A DNA stretch of 63,758 bases, counting the filler, from Kipferlia bialata (lineage: Eukaryota), in NCBI GenBank assembly GCA_003568945.1. It is 5 parts of 5 records of this genome, joined end to end, with 100 filler letters (N's around TTAATTAATTAA, not from the genome) between each part and the next. Parts side by side here need not be neighbours in the genome. Positions count along the whole stretch, not along the records: positions 1 to 23,435 come from BDIP01000258.1; positions 23,536 to 46,967 come from BDIP01000259.1; 3 more parts are not named here. One strand, given 5' to 3'. Numbering within the stretch: the first letter of the stretch is position 1; each line of letters starts with the position of its first letter. Shown piece after piece: positions 11,501 through 24,434 of this stretch. Under the pieces are notes generated by a model. The model did no database searches and was not told the DNA's origin. It worked only from the letters and a program-made list of their open reading frames with translations. The translations under genes and the position numbers were made by a program.

Positions 11501-13272
11501 AGTGTCTTGGCGGGGGTGCCTAGGGGTGAGAGAATAGTGCCACTACTAAGAAACTACTGGACCTCTGAAATACGTGAGTATGGAGCGTATTAAAAGAGTG
11601 AGAGTGACGTACCCTGTATTCTGTTCAGCACAGTCTGCATGGTACGGGGGAACATGCCCCACTCCTAGGGTGAGGGTATGAGAATTTCTACTAAGAAGTC
11701 AAAGTATGGGCTCCACATAAGAGTATATAGATAAGAGTATATACAAAGACATATTGAACAATGACAATATTGCGATGCCCTCACTCCAAATACAGAAGAC
11801 ATGAATATCACCGAAACTACAGTACATTGTTAGCACACAAATATCAATACCTGGTGCCCGTGTGTTTCGCCTAGGTACTGAGGGGGGCCAAACTGAGGGG
11901 TCAGGAAGGGGCTTGTTAGTACTCATACAACCCCAGTGCCTATACAATACACTACTGCACGTACTATGGTGTGTGTCTTGCCGCACCCTGTCTGGCCATA
12001 TGCCAGCACTGTGATGTCATACCCGCCCATGAAGCTGGGGTTAGAAGGTACTGACATAGCCCTTATATATGCACAGTACTAAAGATAAGTACTGCAATAA
12101 GAGTGTCATACAATGATGTCATACCCGCCCATGAAGCTGGGGTTAGAATATGATGCCACCGGCAACTACTCTTAATACATGATATAACAGAGATGTGCAG
12201 TAATAGGGGTGTCATACCCACCCATGAAGCTAGGGGTCAGGGTATATGTGACAATAACTATCGTACATAGATAGGGTATTACATGCACTGCACGAAATTA
12301 ACCAATAGCATTAATAATTATGGGATACATGCATAGTATTGGGGTATATAGACAGTATGTACCAACAGAGAATCGAGAGGTGGAAACAATTCGCGCAGTA
12401 TTTGAGTGCCCTATTGACGATTTACTACTACCACTGCACTTCACACATACCTATTGATTAGACTTGGTATACCGATAGAGTGAATGGGGATGTTGAAATA
12501 CACATAGGAGATATTTGAGAGCATATTTTCATTTATGTATCTACATACCTATCGATGAGACTGGGCATACCCAGTGACTCATACACTGCACCCTGGTCCT
12601 GGGGGGTGAGGAGAGAGATTAGAGAGGAAGAAGAAGAGAAAGTAAAGGCGGACGGAGAGAGAGATAGAGAGAGGGAGAGAACAAATGCCCACCTCCTCGG
12701 GTCCAAACACTGCCCCCCCTGGGAACCTGACATCGGTGGACTCGGCACTGAGGGGTGAGGGGTGATTGTTAAATGGGAAAGGGAAGGGGTGGCCCTAGAT
12801 AGACAGAGAGGACGACGTCTGAGTTAGGACTCAGTATTGGGGGGGGGGGGGATACAATGGAGGAGAGAGAGATAAAAGAATCAGTTGCGAGGTTGACTCA
12901 GTACTGGGGAGTGGGGGATAGAAATAGTGCCCTGAGATAGGTCTTAGAGGTGATCAGGATATAACTCAGACTCTCTCTTCGATGTTATGAGAGAGAGAGG
13001 CAGAGAGAGAGAAAGAGGACTGGAACAATAAGAACCTAAAGCTGGTGTACAAAGGAAGTAGGGGGGGGGGGGATACTTATATACTTATATAGTTGGTCTA
13101 TTCTTATAGGCTTGGCTGATCCAATACCAAATCCCACACACCGATGTGTATATGAATATACGATGTGTATATGAATACGACAATAGAACATGCACTGATA
13201 CCTGTCATCGAACTTGGGCTTGACCCTCACCGACACAGAGCATGCAAAGGACTTCTTGGGACGGGTGGGCAT
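8563..13272 (-). CDS. Kinesin motor protein (N-terminal motor, about 18 small exons, probably 5'-incomplete)
   Basis: Spliced exons give VSVRVKP, FMGGYDITVLAYGQTGCGKTHT (P-loop), LSSVELY, NHRSSRSH (switch I), FVDLAGSER (switch II), EAMSINTSL, IPYRDSPLTRVLKNGLGGNS, ETRCSLEFGSRC. Stop TAG at 8563-8565. The ATG at 13272 is directly preceded by a CCAG acceptor, so it may be an internal exon. Confidence 0.92.
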
Positions 13273-13375
13273 CTGGAGGGAAGAGGAGAGAGAGAGAGAG
13301 GAGGTTGGATTGAAGATTGGGAAGAGACAGGGGGGACAGGGGGGGGGGGGGGGGGGGGGGGAGAAGAAAAATATA

Positions 13376-13421
13376 NNNNNNNNNNNNNNNNNNNNNNNNN
13401 NNNNNNNNNNNNNNNNNNNNN
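13376..13421. other. Scaffold gap (46 N) flanked by poly-G
   Basis: N run between G homopolymers. Confidence 0.95.
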
Positions 13422-13454
<33 letters not shown>

Positions 13455-13535
13455 GGGGGGGGTATTACTATAAACACGAAGGACAAAGTCATTATATGCT
13501 TAGTATCAACATACAATAGTGACAACAATACATAC

Positions 13536-14250
13536 CTCATCGAGGAACACTATGTGGGGTGCCCCCAATAATGCAATGCACAGGGTGAGACTCTCCTTCT
13601 ATTTTGATCCAGTTCTATCGTCTCAGATGCTTTAGGGCTTGCTCTAACATGCCGATCTAAGTCATAAGACATGTTAGATGTCAATTATTGCAGTATAGGA
13701 AGCATATAACAACTTGTTATTAACAAGACATTGTATCAGGTCACCTGACAGGTGATTACTGGCCCCTTTTATGGAAAGAGCGCTTTTTGATTTCTTCAAC
13801 TTCGGTATTATCAAGTAATATGGTCAAATGGTAGATTCGTACTCTACTGACAGATACAGAGAATAGTTGTAGATAAACTCCACACACTCTTGGACAGAAA
13901 CAGCTAAAGAGTAACTAAAGAGTAACTGAAACAAAAGAGGCAATCCTACTAAAAGAAGGTATTTGGAAATCTACTAGAAGTAAGGGGCGGCAGTTGCCCA
14001 CTTTCAAGGCCTACCAAAAGGGCCCAGTATGCCAGGACTAGCGTGGGGGTTCTCCCTGAGGGTTATACATTGTCTCCTTGTGATTGAGATGTCTGTATGG
14101 GAAGCTCTTAAAGACAATGCATATCCTATATACAAGAATTGGATTACACTAGGGGTTGAGTGGAAGATATGGCCATCAGCAGATGTGAACTTGTGTAGAT
14201 TACCGTATTGGGAGGATATCAGATTGCCATTTACCAGAGTTCCGACCGTC
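13536..14250 (-). pseudogene. Degenerate ABC-transporter (ABCA-like) nucleotide-binding-domain relic
   Basis: Minus strand 13536-13600 reads NRRRVS-(frameshift)-LCIALLGAPHIVFLDE followed by a GT donor (ABCA-type Walker B region). About 470 nt upstream lies GILGPFGRP*K, a broken Walker A-like motif. Stops interrupt the region between. Confidence 0.45.
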
Positions 14251-15098
14251 TGTTCTCTCCCTCCATCCCTATATATCACAAAGTTCAGTGTGTATTGGGA
14301 ATGGATACTGATACTGGTTTGTTGTCCTCAGTACAGTCAATACACCGTCTTAGTTGCGTAAATATATCACAATACGGCATCCGACGTACAGGACCACCGG
14401 GTATGACAGATACGGTACTCTGTTGCAACACACACTGATACAGGTTCTCTGTTTCCAAACGGCAGATGTTCTGATTTCTGAGACAATATGATATTGTGGA
14501 GTGATGGGCTTGTGGTCGCTTCAGTGTGTCTAATGGGCATATCAGTGATTATAGCCACTTGGACTCATTCTGTCTATACCTATAGGTAATTAGTGGCTCT
14601 GACTGCTTCCGACGGTTGCAGTATGAACATCAGTATCAGTAAGTCCACATATGCTACAGTATGTAGTCCATGTGTTCATATAGCTAAGTGCTGTCACAGT
14701 CTATCTGATACCCTGTTGATCGTTCTGACCAGCCCATCTGGTAGCGGATACTGGAGCACTGCCATATATATCTGTCAGCATCATATGAATACCCTGTTGT
14801 TACAGGATACTCTGCCTCAAGAAGTATAGTCGCACAGATCAAGGCAAAAACATCTTGAGCATGATGGAATGCTGCTATGTCAAGACATCCGCTCTCATGT
14901 ACCCCCTACACTGCCTATCCACACACTGACCAAACAATATAAGACGCTTGACCCCTATGTTTCAAACGCTCGAGTTGGATTGTCTTCTAATTCACTGTCT
15001 CTATCAGCATCCCCGACACGCCACTGTTTCATTGGGACTAAGAACCCACTGGCCCGATAAGTTACTGTTTGGTATTGCGGTGGTCTTTCCGTTGTGTA

Positions 15099-17065
15099 AT
15101 GTCTGAGGGCAATGTTCTGCCTGTGAAGAAGCCAATGGCTCCCTCTGTGGCAGGGGCAAAGGCGCGGAAGGGACCAGAGGAGATGGCATGTAACACAGAG
15201 GACCTAATTATCCACGAGGTAGCAGTAAAGTCATATATAGTGTACCTTTCAACGCAAGTGTACCTCTCTGACATTATAGGCGGGAGGGGGGTTCCTGGAA
15301 TTCCAGTTTGAGGAGATCCGACTGAAGGACTACAACAACGAGTTCATGGACGGGTATGACCTGGGGCTGGATGCCACTCTCAATCTGGACGGGAACGACT
15401 CTCCTGTAGCCGAGCCCACCGTGATGACAAGGTATCGGCCTATTTAGACTGGCACTGACACCTTGTTGTCGATATTAGAATGCGTGGTATGTCTATGATG
15501 TGCTCACACTGATACTCCAGGTTTGCCATGGATGATATCATGGGAGTGCTCGCAGGGACCCCTTCTGTGTCACGGAGCCCCCAAAAGGTATATGTGTTCA
15601 AGTGGTTGCAGTGGTCTTTCAATCCAGCCCTTCTTGCCTCATCCTGACACTGATACTCCTATGTACCATCCGTCTGTATATAGTATATATCTCCTCCTCT
15701 ACCTGTCAGGGTCGTGCTCTGCCAGAGCTGGAGGACCAGCCCACAGCCAACTTCAGCGACAAGACCTTGGATTTGGCAGGTACTCTATTCAATATATATG
15801 TGCTGACCTTATACCGTAATGAATGCTAGTATAGGTCTGGATTCATGTCTGGCTACTGTATGTATACTTCTATATTTGTACTACGTATATACATGCTGGC
15901 TACATTGCTTATTCCTTTCTGATCACTGCTGTCTTGTGCAGCTTCAGTGGATATTTACACTGATATCCCCCCTCCAATGGACATCTAAATTTATTACTGA
16001 ATAGTGGTTGATATAATTTCTTTCTTGTGTGTATTCTTCCATGCTATTCCAGTGTACACTTCTCAGTCTGTTCTGGAATCAATACGGACCTGTGATACCC
16101 CCACCTATCGATTTGAGTGGTAGTTTTGCGTGTCTAATCTTCTGATACTGAGACTTATGCTGATGGGCAGGGATTGACCTGGGGCAGTATGGCTTTGGCG
16201 GGGAGTCTAGGTCAGAGAGAGAGAGACAGTCTAGGCAGGACGAGGGCCAGGACTCTGTCCCAGGGTTCGCAGGCATTGACCTGGGGGCCTCAGACTTCGA
16301 TAGTGCCTTTGACGGCGGGTTTGACCTGGGTGGCGACAACACAGCCGAGTTTCTGAATGAGCTGGATGATCTCGATGGGTTTGAGGTGGCCGAGGACACG
16401 ATGCAGTTCCCCTCCCACCCTCAGGCCGGGATCAACGCTGCCCTGACCCCATTCAACGCAGGTACAGTGCGTATCTATATATCTACATGTCTATATATGC
16501 ATATGCGACCCAATACAGCTGGCGGCATGTAGCGATGTGTCTAATCGTCTCTGTATATACCGTACTCCCACTGTGGTAGTGGGCTATGACTCCATGTGTG
16601 ATTATTGAATTCTTTTATATATGTATGTAATATTTTCTCCTCTCTCCCAACGAACAGTAAGAATGCACCATCTCTATTCATCATTCATGTTACATTGATA
16701 CTCCATCCTCACCCTGATTGTGATACGTGTGTATATGTATTTGTTCATTCTGACAGCTAACCTAAGGTAGGGCCGGGGCTGCTCTTGCTGGTTCCAAGGC
16801 CAGCCAGGCCCGTCCTGCTGTCACCCCAGGCCCTGCTGTCACCTTTGGTGCAGTGTCGGTGTCGGAGTACAGAGACAATGATAGGCACCAGTATGCAGAG
16901 AGGGACAGAGAGAACCTCGTCTCAGACTCCCCCCCTGGGGGTAGGCGCCGTGTGGCCTTCACCACCCCTGCTGCGAGTGGGGTCAGGGCCCCTCTCTCTG
17001 CCAGGCCTGTGCGCAAGATGACCAATGCAGAGATCATACAGAGAGAGCTGAGGGGTCACCAGTGA
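15099..17065 (+). CDS. Hypothetical acidic/disordered protein (about 6 exons)
   Basis: MSEGNVLPV..IHE / FEEIRLKDY.. / FAMDDIMG.. / GRALPELED.. / IDLGQYGFG..FNA / ..EIIQRELRGHQ* join with phase-compatible GT-AG introns. Confidence 0.6.
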
Positions 17066-17448
17066 TACTGGGGGGTGGCAATGAGACCGGCTGTGTATCA
17101 GTATCTCAGTGTGGCTCTGTATTTATATTGACCATTAGATACACTAAGTGTATGGGACACTCCCCCTTTCAGTGTAGCCTCAGTCATATTGTGTGTCGTA
17201 GTGCTCCTGATATCTACAACGACCTCTGATATTCTGACTGTATGCTCACGCTAAGTATTGTTCACCATATATAGAAATAGTACAGGCATACCCGAATGCC
17301 ATAAGACCTATCAGTAAAACCGATAATGTACATTTTATGGTACAGTGGTGCTGTGACCTAACCCCTCTAGACCCCTCTAGACAGATAGACCCCTCTATAG
17401 TATAGTATAGAGTCTAGACAGCCTAGGGCAGCATCAGAGGCATCAGCA

Positions 17449-19881
17449 TCAGAGGTTCCGTCTGTGTGCAAGGATAGGACTGAATATACTGGTCACGCGG
17501 CCAGTCAACTGATCCCTGGGGGTGAGACAGTGGAACAGTACAGGGGTATAACCATCCATATCAATAACTACATATACCTAACCAGTAGGGCACCGTCACA
17601 ATTAACCACACATATATGTATAACCACATATACCTGACCAATATTGCCCCCCCGCTCTGCACATCGTCGGGTGACCCGGAGTACTTGGAGGACACTATGC
17701 CACTCTCCCTCTCCCTCTCTCTCCTCTGAGTCCTACCCCTGCTGTCCAAATCTCTCTCTCTCTCCCTCTCTCTCTCTCCCACCCCCCTACTGACACTGGG
17801 TGAGTACACAGGGGTGGACACACCAATACCCACGTCCATGCCTCTGCCATCCCCATCCCCCAGTGACCCGTCTCTCTCTCCCTCCCTCGACAGCCTGCTT
17901 CTCTCCCTCCCATACACCCTCTCCGTGGCTACATCTCCTGAAGGTATGAGTATCATGTGCAGATACATGTGATACATGAGCAACTGATGGTACTGGTACT
18001 GACGATACTGATACCTGGTTGGGGGCTGGGAACCGACAACGGCGACAGGTGCAGGCCCCTCTCGACCACCCTCTCTCTCTCCCTCTCCCTCTCTTCCTGG
18101 GATACTGGGTTCACACCCACTGCCCCATGTGTGTGTGTGTGTGTGTGTGTGGTGTGCCTATTGACCCTGGACACCATGCCAGGTGGGGGTAGGGGGGTGG
18201 AGTGGGTGCTGCGAGATAGGATGGGGGACGACGTCACTACCTGGGGGTGAGGGTAGGTATATACACGGGTACATATATACGTAGGCCGACAATCGGGATG
18301 TAACTGTTACACCATATAGATGTAGATATATAGAGAGTATGTCGATTACCCTAATATCTATACAAACTCATAACTGCTAGCGTCGGCAGAGCACGGAGTT
18401 AGATACAGACAGAGAGGGTCAGTGCTACGCTGCTACACCTACCCTTATACGCATGTTGCATATACTCCAATACTCTGGAACACAATGTCAGAGCACAGTG
18501 TACGACACATATACATATATATACATAATATACTATCCACATTACTATTAGTATTACACCAACCTCAGTGGGGTGCCTGTTGGTGTGTAGTTCACTCAGC
18601 AGCACCTCGCTCTGCCCAATCTGACATATGAGGGGGGGGGGGGGGTATGATATACGGTATATCCACTACTACATAGACCATACCTTGCTATACGTATATA
18701 TTACATATACATACACCATACCTCTTGCTGCACCCTAGCTATCTGGTGGTGTATCTCGTTCTGGCTCCTGACCTTGTCCCTCTTGAGCGACTGCAGATAC
18801 CGCACACCATCCCTGAGAGTCAGTAGTATGTGTATACATCATCATATCAGATACTGAGACTGAGACTGAGACTGAGACTGCAGATTCCGCACACCAACCC
18901 TGGGGGTAGGTGTGGATGTATGGTTGGTATGTATGGACAGAGTATAGATCCATCGTGTGAGAGGAAAGACCTCAGCTCTATACACGTATACGCATACATA
19001 TACGTACTTGAAGCAGTCCCGTGTGTACTTGGCATACATGTTCTGTAGGATCTGCAGGTCCCCCTCGATCTCTGACACCTGGGGTCAGGGGATAAGTATG
19101 AATGGGTATATATACTCATGTGTATATATGGTTCCACCCTGGGGTCAAAGGCACACTGATACTGTATACAGGCATATGAATACCCAACCACCATTGGTCA
19201 CATCAGTACCAGTATTCATTCCCATTCATTTATGTACATACAGTACCAGAACAGTATCACTTCCGGTACCGGCGCCAATATACACATATATCACCGTATA
19301 CCACTCTACATGTACCTCCCGTACCACCAGAATCAGCACACACTCATATACTTGATTGTCCCTCTTGCTCCAAAAAACGGAACCGGTACCGGTACCGATA
19401 CCAACAATCAATATGACTATACACCAGGTGACACAATACCTCAGCCTCCAGTACCACCAGGTGTGGCTCCAGCCGGATGGCCACGCTGGAGGTGGTCACT
19501 GGGGTGAGGTCCAGCAACATCACGGGATGACAACCACTTATAGATGAGATTGATCCCAGTCAGATCAAGAATGCGAATTTCAGTACACAGGAAGACATCT
19601 CCCTACGATGTACCCTACTAGTAACCTGCTGAGAGTATATGCAAACGTACAAGACGACATAACCCACAGGTCCCTTGTCTCCTTGGTAGACAGACCAACT
19701 GATCCAGCTAAGGCAGTAGGAAAACCCTTTCGAAATGCACATTTTTGTCTCTGCGATATTGGCCCACAGTGGGCCCCACTCACCCACTCCCCTTCACTTG
19801 TTGTGATACCTTCCAATAGGGTCTTGGAATTGGGAGGCCTGGATAGTGGGTTACCAGCTCGAGGCGGATGCGTGAGATCAT
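17449..19881 (-). CDS. Hypothetical protein, multi-exon, short coiled coil followed by low-complexity RE-rich tail; 5' end uncertain
   Basis: Exon peptides TTSSVAIRLEPHLVVLEAE / VSEIEGDLQILQNMYAK / DGVRYLQSLKRDKVRSQNEIHHQIARVQQE / IGQSEVLLSELH are bounded by typical donors and acceptors. Confidence 0.45.
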
Positions 19882-19992
19882 CACCCCTAGAGGCCAGACA
19901 GATTCAGCGGTGAGAGACTAACCAATATGTACACTATCTGATACCCACCATCCCCAATGTGTACCTGTCGTCAAGGGACACATCTTGACCTA

Positions 19993-22900
19993 ATGCACAC
20001 CAGTCGCAGTGATCTTTCTTGGGTGATATCTCTGTGTATGTGATCATTATTTGGCATATAGTCCACGTCCAAATTTTCTCCATATTTATAGATCTGTCTG
20101 CCTATCCCTCTGTTGGTGCAGAATTCAGGAGTCACACACATACCCTTGTCGGTTATATCACTGTTCCACTGTTATATGACCTGCTCTCACCATCAGAAGC
20201 GTATCCGGCGACATGGCTTCCAGCTCCCCTACAACCCAGCCCAGCTGCTGGCCACCATTGTGATTGTGGTATGCCCCGTGGTGTGGGTGCTGTTTGTGAG
20301 GTATGTATATATATATATATATACAATTCAGTATCTGATTGTGTGGGTGGTAGGATCGGTACTCAGTATCAGTATCCCTTATACTGTGATAGTGACATGG
20401 GTCTTCTATTACTATTTTATCTATGTCGGGTGATGTGCAGTCACAAGTACCCATGCTGTACCTGCACTACCTACTGTATCTGACCCCATCCCATGCTCTG
20501 TGCTACACAAACCCTATACTATATATACATCTGTGTATGTGCCTGACCCCAGTCCTGCCTTCTCCCCCTCCATTAGATATCTGGTCGGTGGGGCTGCTGC
20601 ACTGCTGGGTGTGCTGTCCATGCTCTTTGCAGTGCTGACTATGCTCAGGGACCCAGCAGATGCAGTCTGCTACGCAAGGTATTGGTGATACTTGATAAAT
20701 ATCGATAGATATCTCAGGCAGTCAGTGTCCAGTAGATCAGTGTCGTTGTGCCTTGTCCCACTCGTCTCACATACTGTATATTTATGAAAATGAATGTATG
20801 AGCTCTGTTGATACCCCCCCCCGCCCACCCTCCACTTCTCTCTCCCCCCAGCCGTGCTGAGATGCCCGCTCTGTATGCCGATGAACCTGACAGGAGCTAC
20901 TACTGTGACACGTGTCTGATGCGAGTGGCCTCCAGTACCAAGCACTGCAGGGTGTGTAACAAGTGCGTGAAGGGGTTCGACCACCACTGCGTGTGGCTCA
21001 ACACGTGTGTAGGTATGACAGAGTGCACCAGTGTATACATTTATGATATTGTATGCACTAGCATACCCCCACCCCAGGCCAGGCCAACCACTCTCTGTTC
21101 TTTGTGTTCATCTCTGTGACTGTGGTGCTTCTGCTGCACCTGCTGATATGCACTGGGGTGGCCCTGTACGCATACTCCCAGGACAGCCTCCCCGACGCAT
21201 TCTCAGTCACAACAAGGTATTTATGTATACAAACACATTTATGTACATTCACACGGACGTGTCCACTCTCTGTGTAAGATGAATACGAGAGTGGGTGCAA
21301 TCATACCCCTCTCACCCCTCAGTGTGTTTCTGTGTGTGAGCATCGGGTCTCTAGTTGTAGACTTGGTGGCATTGGCACTGGTGGGACAGTTACTGTTGTT
21401 CCACATCAGACTGGCTGTGCTGCACGTGTCTACATACGAGTATGTCACTAGGGTCAAGGGAGGTCAGTGTGTGCTGATATACCCATACTCACTCATACTC
21501 AGTGGTATACAGGCAGTGTCATTAGACATATTCTGAATGGTGTGACACTAGTACACTCTCTCTCCTCTCTCTCACACATCTGATGCCCCAGAGACCAATG
21601 ATCTTCTGCTATATATTGTATATCATGTAGTATGCTCTATCCACCTCTCTGACCCTCTGACCCTCAGAGACCAAGGACCGCACCCACAAGCGGGCTGTGG
21701 CCAAGTACCCCTGTCTACCCCTGGGGGCAGCTGCCTGTCTGGTCACAACCGGGGACATCGTCAAGTGTATGTGGCCCTAGTCATATTGTGTGTATTGTAT
21801 CCTGTCTCCCTGCACCCCCCCCCCCTACCCCAGGCAAGGCCTGTGCGAAGACCACAACCGTAGAGGCAGTCGGAAGCGAGGAGGTCAGTTGTGTACATGT
21901 CTCAATCAGTCTCATACTGTACTGATTGACATCCCATTGTATATGTGTCTGACCCCCAGGTGAGGGTAGAGCTGCCTGAGGTTGTGCAGGAGAAGCAGAC
22001 CCAGCCCTCTTCCACCCTGAGTAGGAGGGACAGTGCCTCGGAGAGTGGCAGGGAGAGTGGGAGAGAGAGTGCTGGTGGTAGGCCCCGCTCCAATAGCAGA
22101 CTGTCCAAGCTCAGTGCCAGATTTGCCCCCAGGGGGAGTAGTGGGTCACTGGGGTCTCTGGGTGATTTCCAGGTATGCTCAGATTACTATACATATCTGT
22201 ATACTGTGGGGTCCCCTCGTATTGTAGTATGTGGACACATCTATGCATTGGTTGACCCCATTCAGGTTTAATTCACTTTAATATTTCTGTATACACACCT
22301 TCATGATATGTATTGTGATATATATAGGATTTTTGCATTGTGACTGACCCCAGGGCAGGCCCGGGAGCATGGACAGTATCGATGCCGTCACGGCCCAGTA
22401 CAACAGACGCACATCCATCCTGGTACGGACTGTGTGTAGTTGTGTATTTTCTAGGATATATCCATACTGGTGCTGTCAGGCTGTCATTGTGTAGTGTATA
22501 CCCCCATACCCCTCTGACCCAGGCTGGCAGGAGGGGCAGTCTGGCGAGACGGGGCTCCATGTCACATGCCAACATGTCCAATGGGTCTCTGGGGGCACTG
22601 TCTGGGTCATTTGGGGGGTCTGGGGTGCAGCTGCCACCAATTCAGGTATGTATAGTACAGCCCATATCTCTCTCTCTCTCTCTCTCTCTCTTCCCTTTCA
22701 CCCCAGGCCCCAGACTGGCTGACCCAGGCCAGTTCCAAGGCCATGCCCTCTACCACCAGTGCACTGGGCAGAGAGACACCGGCCTTTGTGGACCAGGTGG
22801 GTAGTGTGGGTGCTGTCCAGTAGATGGTATATATATATTGGGATTGGTGACATATAGTGTCATCGAGGGTTGCTTGGTGCATATCTGTCCTGCCCTCCTC

Positions 22901-23361
22901 TTGTCCTGATACTGATACTGCCACTGGTACACTGACCCCAGCTTGTGTCTGCCACAGATGTCGATGTGTAGGGGGTGCTATTATATGCGACTATATATAC
23001 ATAGATATACACTGCCACTATCTCTGACCCCCAGCTTGTGTCTGCCACCGATGTCGACCAAGGGGGTCAGGGTGCAGGGTCGGGGCTGCCCGACTTCTCC
23101 CATCCAGATGGAGTGGTTATGGCTAGCAGGGAGAACAGTGAGAGAAGTGACACAGAGTCATCGTCCTCGGATGAGGAGGGGGGTGTCTATGTGTACAACC
23201 CAGACCGCAGTGCTAGTGTGGACAGTGAGAGTGGGAGTGGGAGTGGGTCAGAGACAGAGACAGAGGACAGTGAGAGTTATACATATGCCACGGATGGGAC
23301 CACCACTGACTCAGAGGAGACACAAGGAGGTAGGGGGGCAGATACAGGACTCATTGTGTGA
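19993..23361 (+). CDS. DHHC-type protein S-palmitoyltransferase (ZDHHC1/11-like), multi-exon; start uncertain
   Basis: [13 protein letters not shown] + [61 protein letters not shown] (TTxE-like motif); long Ser/acidic C-tail ending at 23361. Confidence 0.92.
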
Positions 23362-23386
23362 TGAGTATATTGTGTGAGTATATATC

Positions 23387-23435
<49 letters not shown>

Positions 23436-23535
23436 NNNNNNNNNNNNNNNNNNNNNNNNNNNNNNNNNNNNNNNNNNNNTTAATTAATTAANNNNNNNNN
23501 NNNNNNNNNNNNNNNNNNNNNNNNNNNNNNNNNNN
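23436..23535. other. Artificial contig linker N44-TTAATTAATTAA-N44
   Basis: Exactly 100 bp with six-frame stops; identical at four places. Confidence 0.97.
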
Positions 23536-23960
23536 ATGAGGGCAGGGATCATGGCAAAGGACTGGTTCAGCAGGGGCTTCATGCCTGGGGGGTCAGAGAC
23601 AGAGAGAGAGAGAGAGACAGCTGCCTTCGTATATTGATATGAAGCTCTATATACATATGTTGTCTGCGTACCGGTGATGAGCTCCCACAGGATGGCCCCG
23701 TAGGACCAGACATCAGCCTTCTGGGTGAACCTGAGGAGGTGAGAACGGGAGAGAGATAGTGTGTGTGAGAGAGGAGGGGGAGGAGTGTACCCGTTGCTGA
23801 CGTGTATCCTTAAGGGTGTATAGAGAGAGAGAGTGAGAGAGTACCTGTAGCTCAGCTCGAACAGCTCAGGTGCACTGTAGATGGGTGTGCCTGCAAAGGT
23901 GGTGGAGGTGGAGGTCTTGAAGGCGTCGTGGGCCTACGGGTAAGAGGTCTATAGACACAC

Positions 23961-24003
<43 letters not shown>

Positions 24004-24389
24004 CTTGCTGAGGCCGAAGTCACTGATGCGGGACATGGTGCCCTCCTTGTTGAGCATGATGTTGGCAGGCTTGAGATCCCTACGCGGTAAGATGAGAGAG
24101 AGAAAGAGAGACAGACGGAATGTAAGTAAACCACACGATACTATACACACCTGTGCTCGACTGGGGGGTCACATGAGTAGAGGTACTCACATCCTCTGGC
24201 CACCTGGTAGGCCAGGGACAGCTTGCGGGACCAGGACATGGACCTAAGTGGTAAGAGAGAGGAATATATAGATACATATAGAGTATATATAGTATACACA
24301 CACACACATATATATATATATACGTGCGGGACCAGGACATGGACCTGAGAGGGTAAGAGAGAGAGGGAGAGATACAGATAGATAGACGG

Positions 24390-24434
<45 letters not shown>

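Noticed and set aside
12010..12240. Echoes as mutually exclusive alternative exons
   Set aside because: Copies are truncated, lack the partner splice site needed to restore the protein, and some contain stops (TGA ~12105, TAG ~25471).
14869..17065. Rad21/Rec8 kleisin identity for the acidic plus-strand gene
   Set aside because: No convincing conserved N-terminal or C-terminal winged-helix motifs after splicing.
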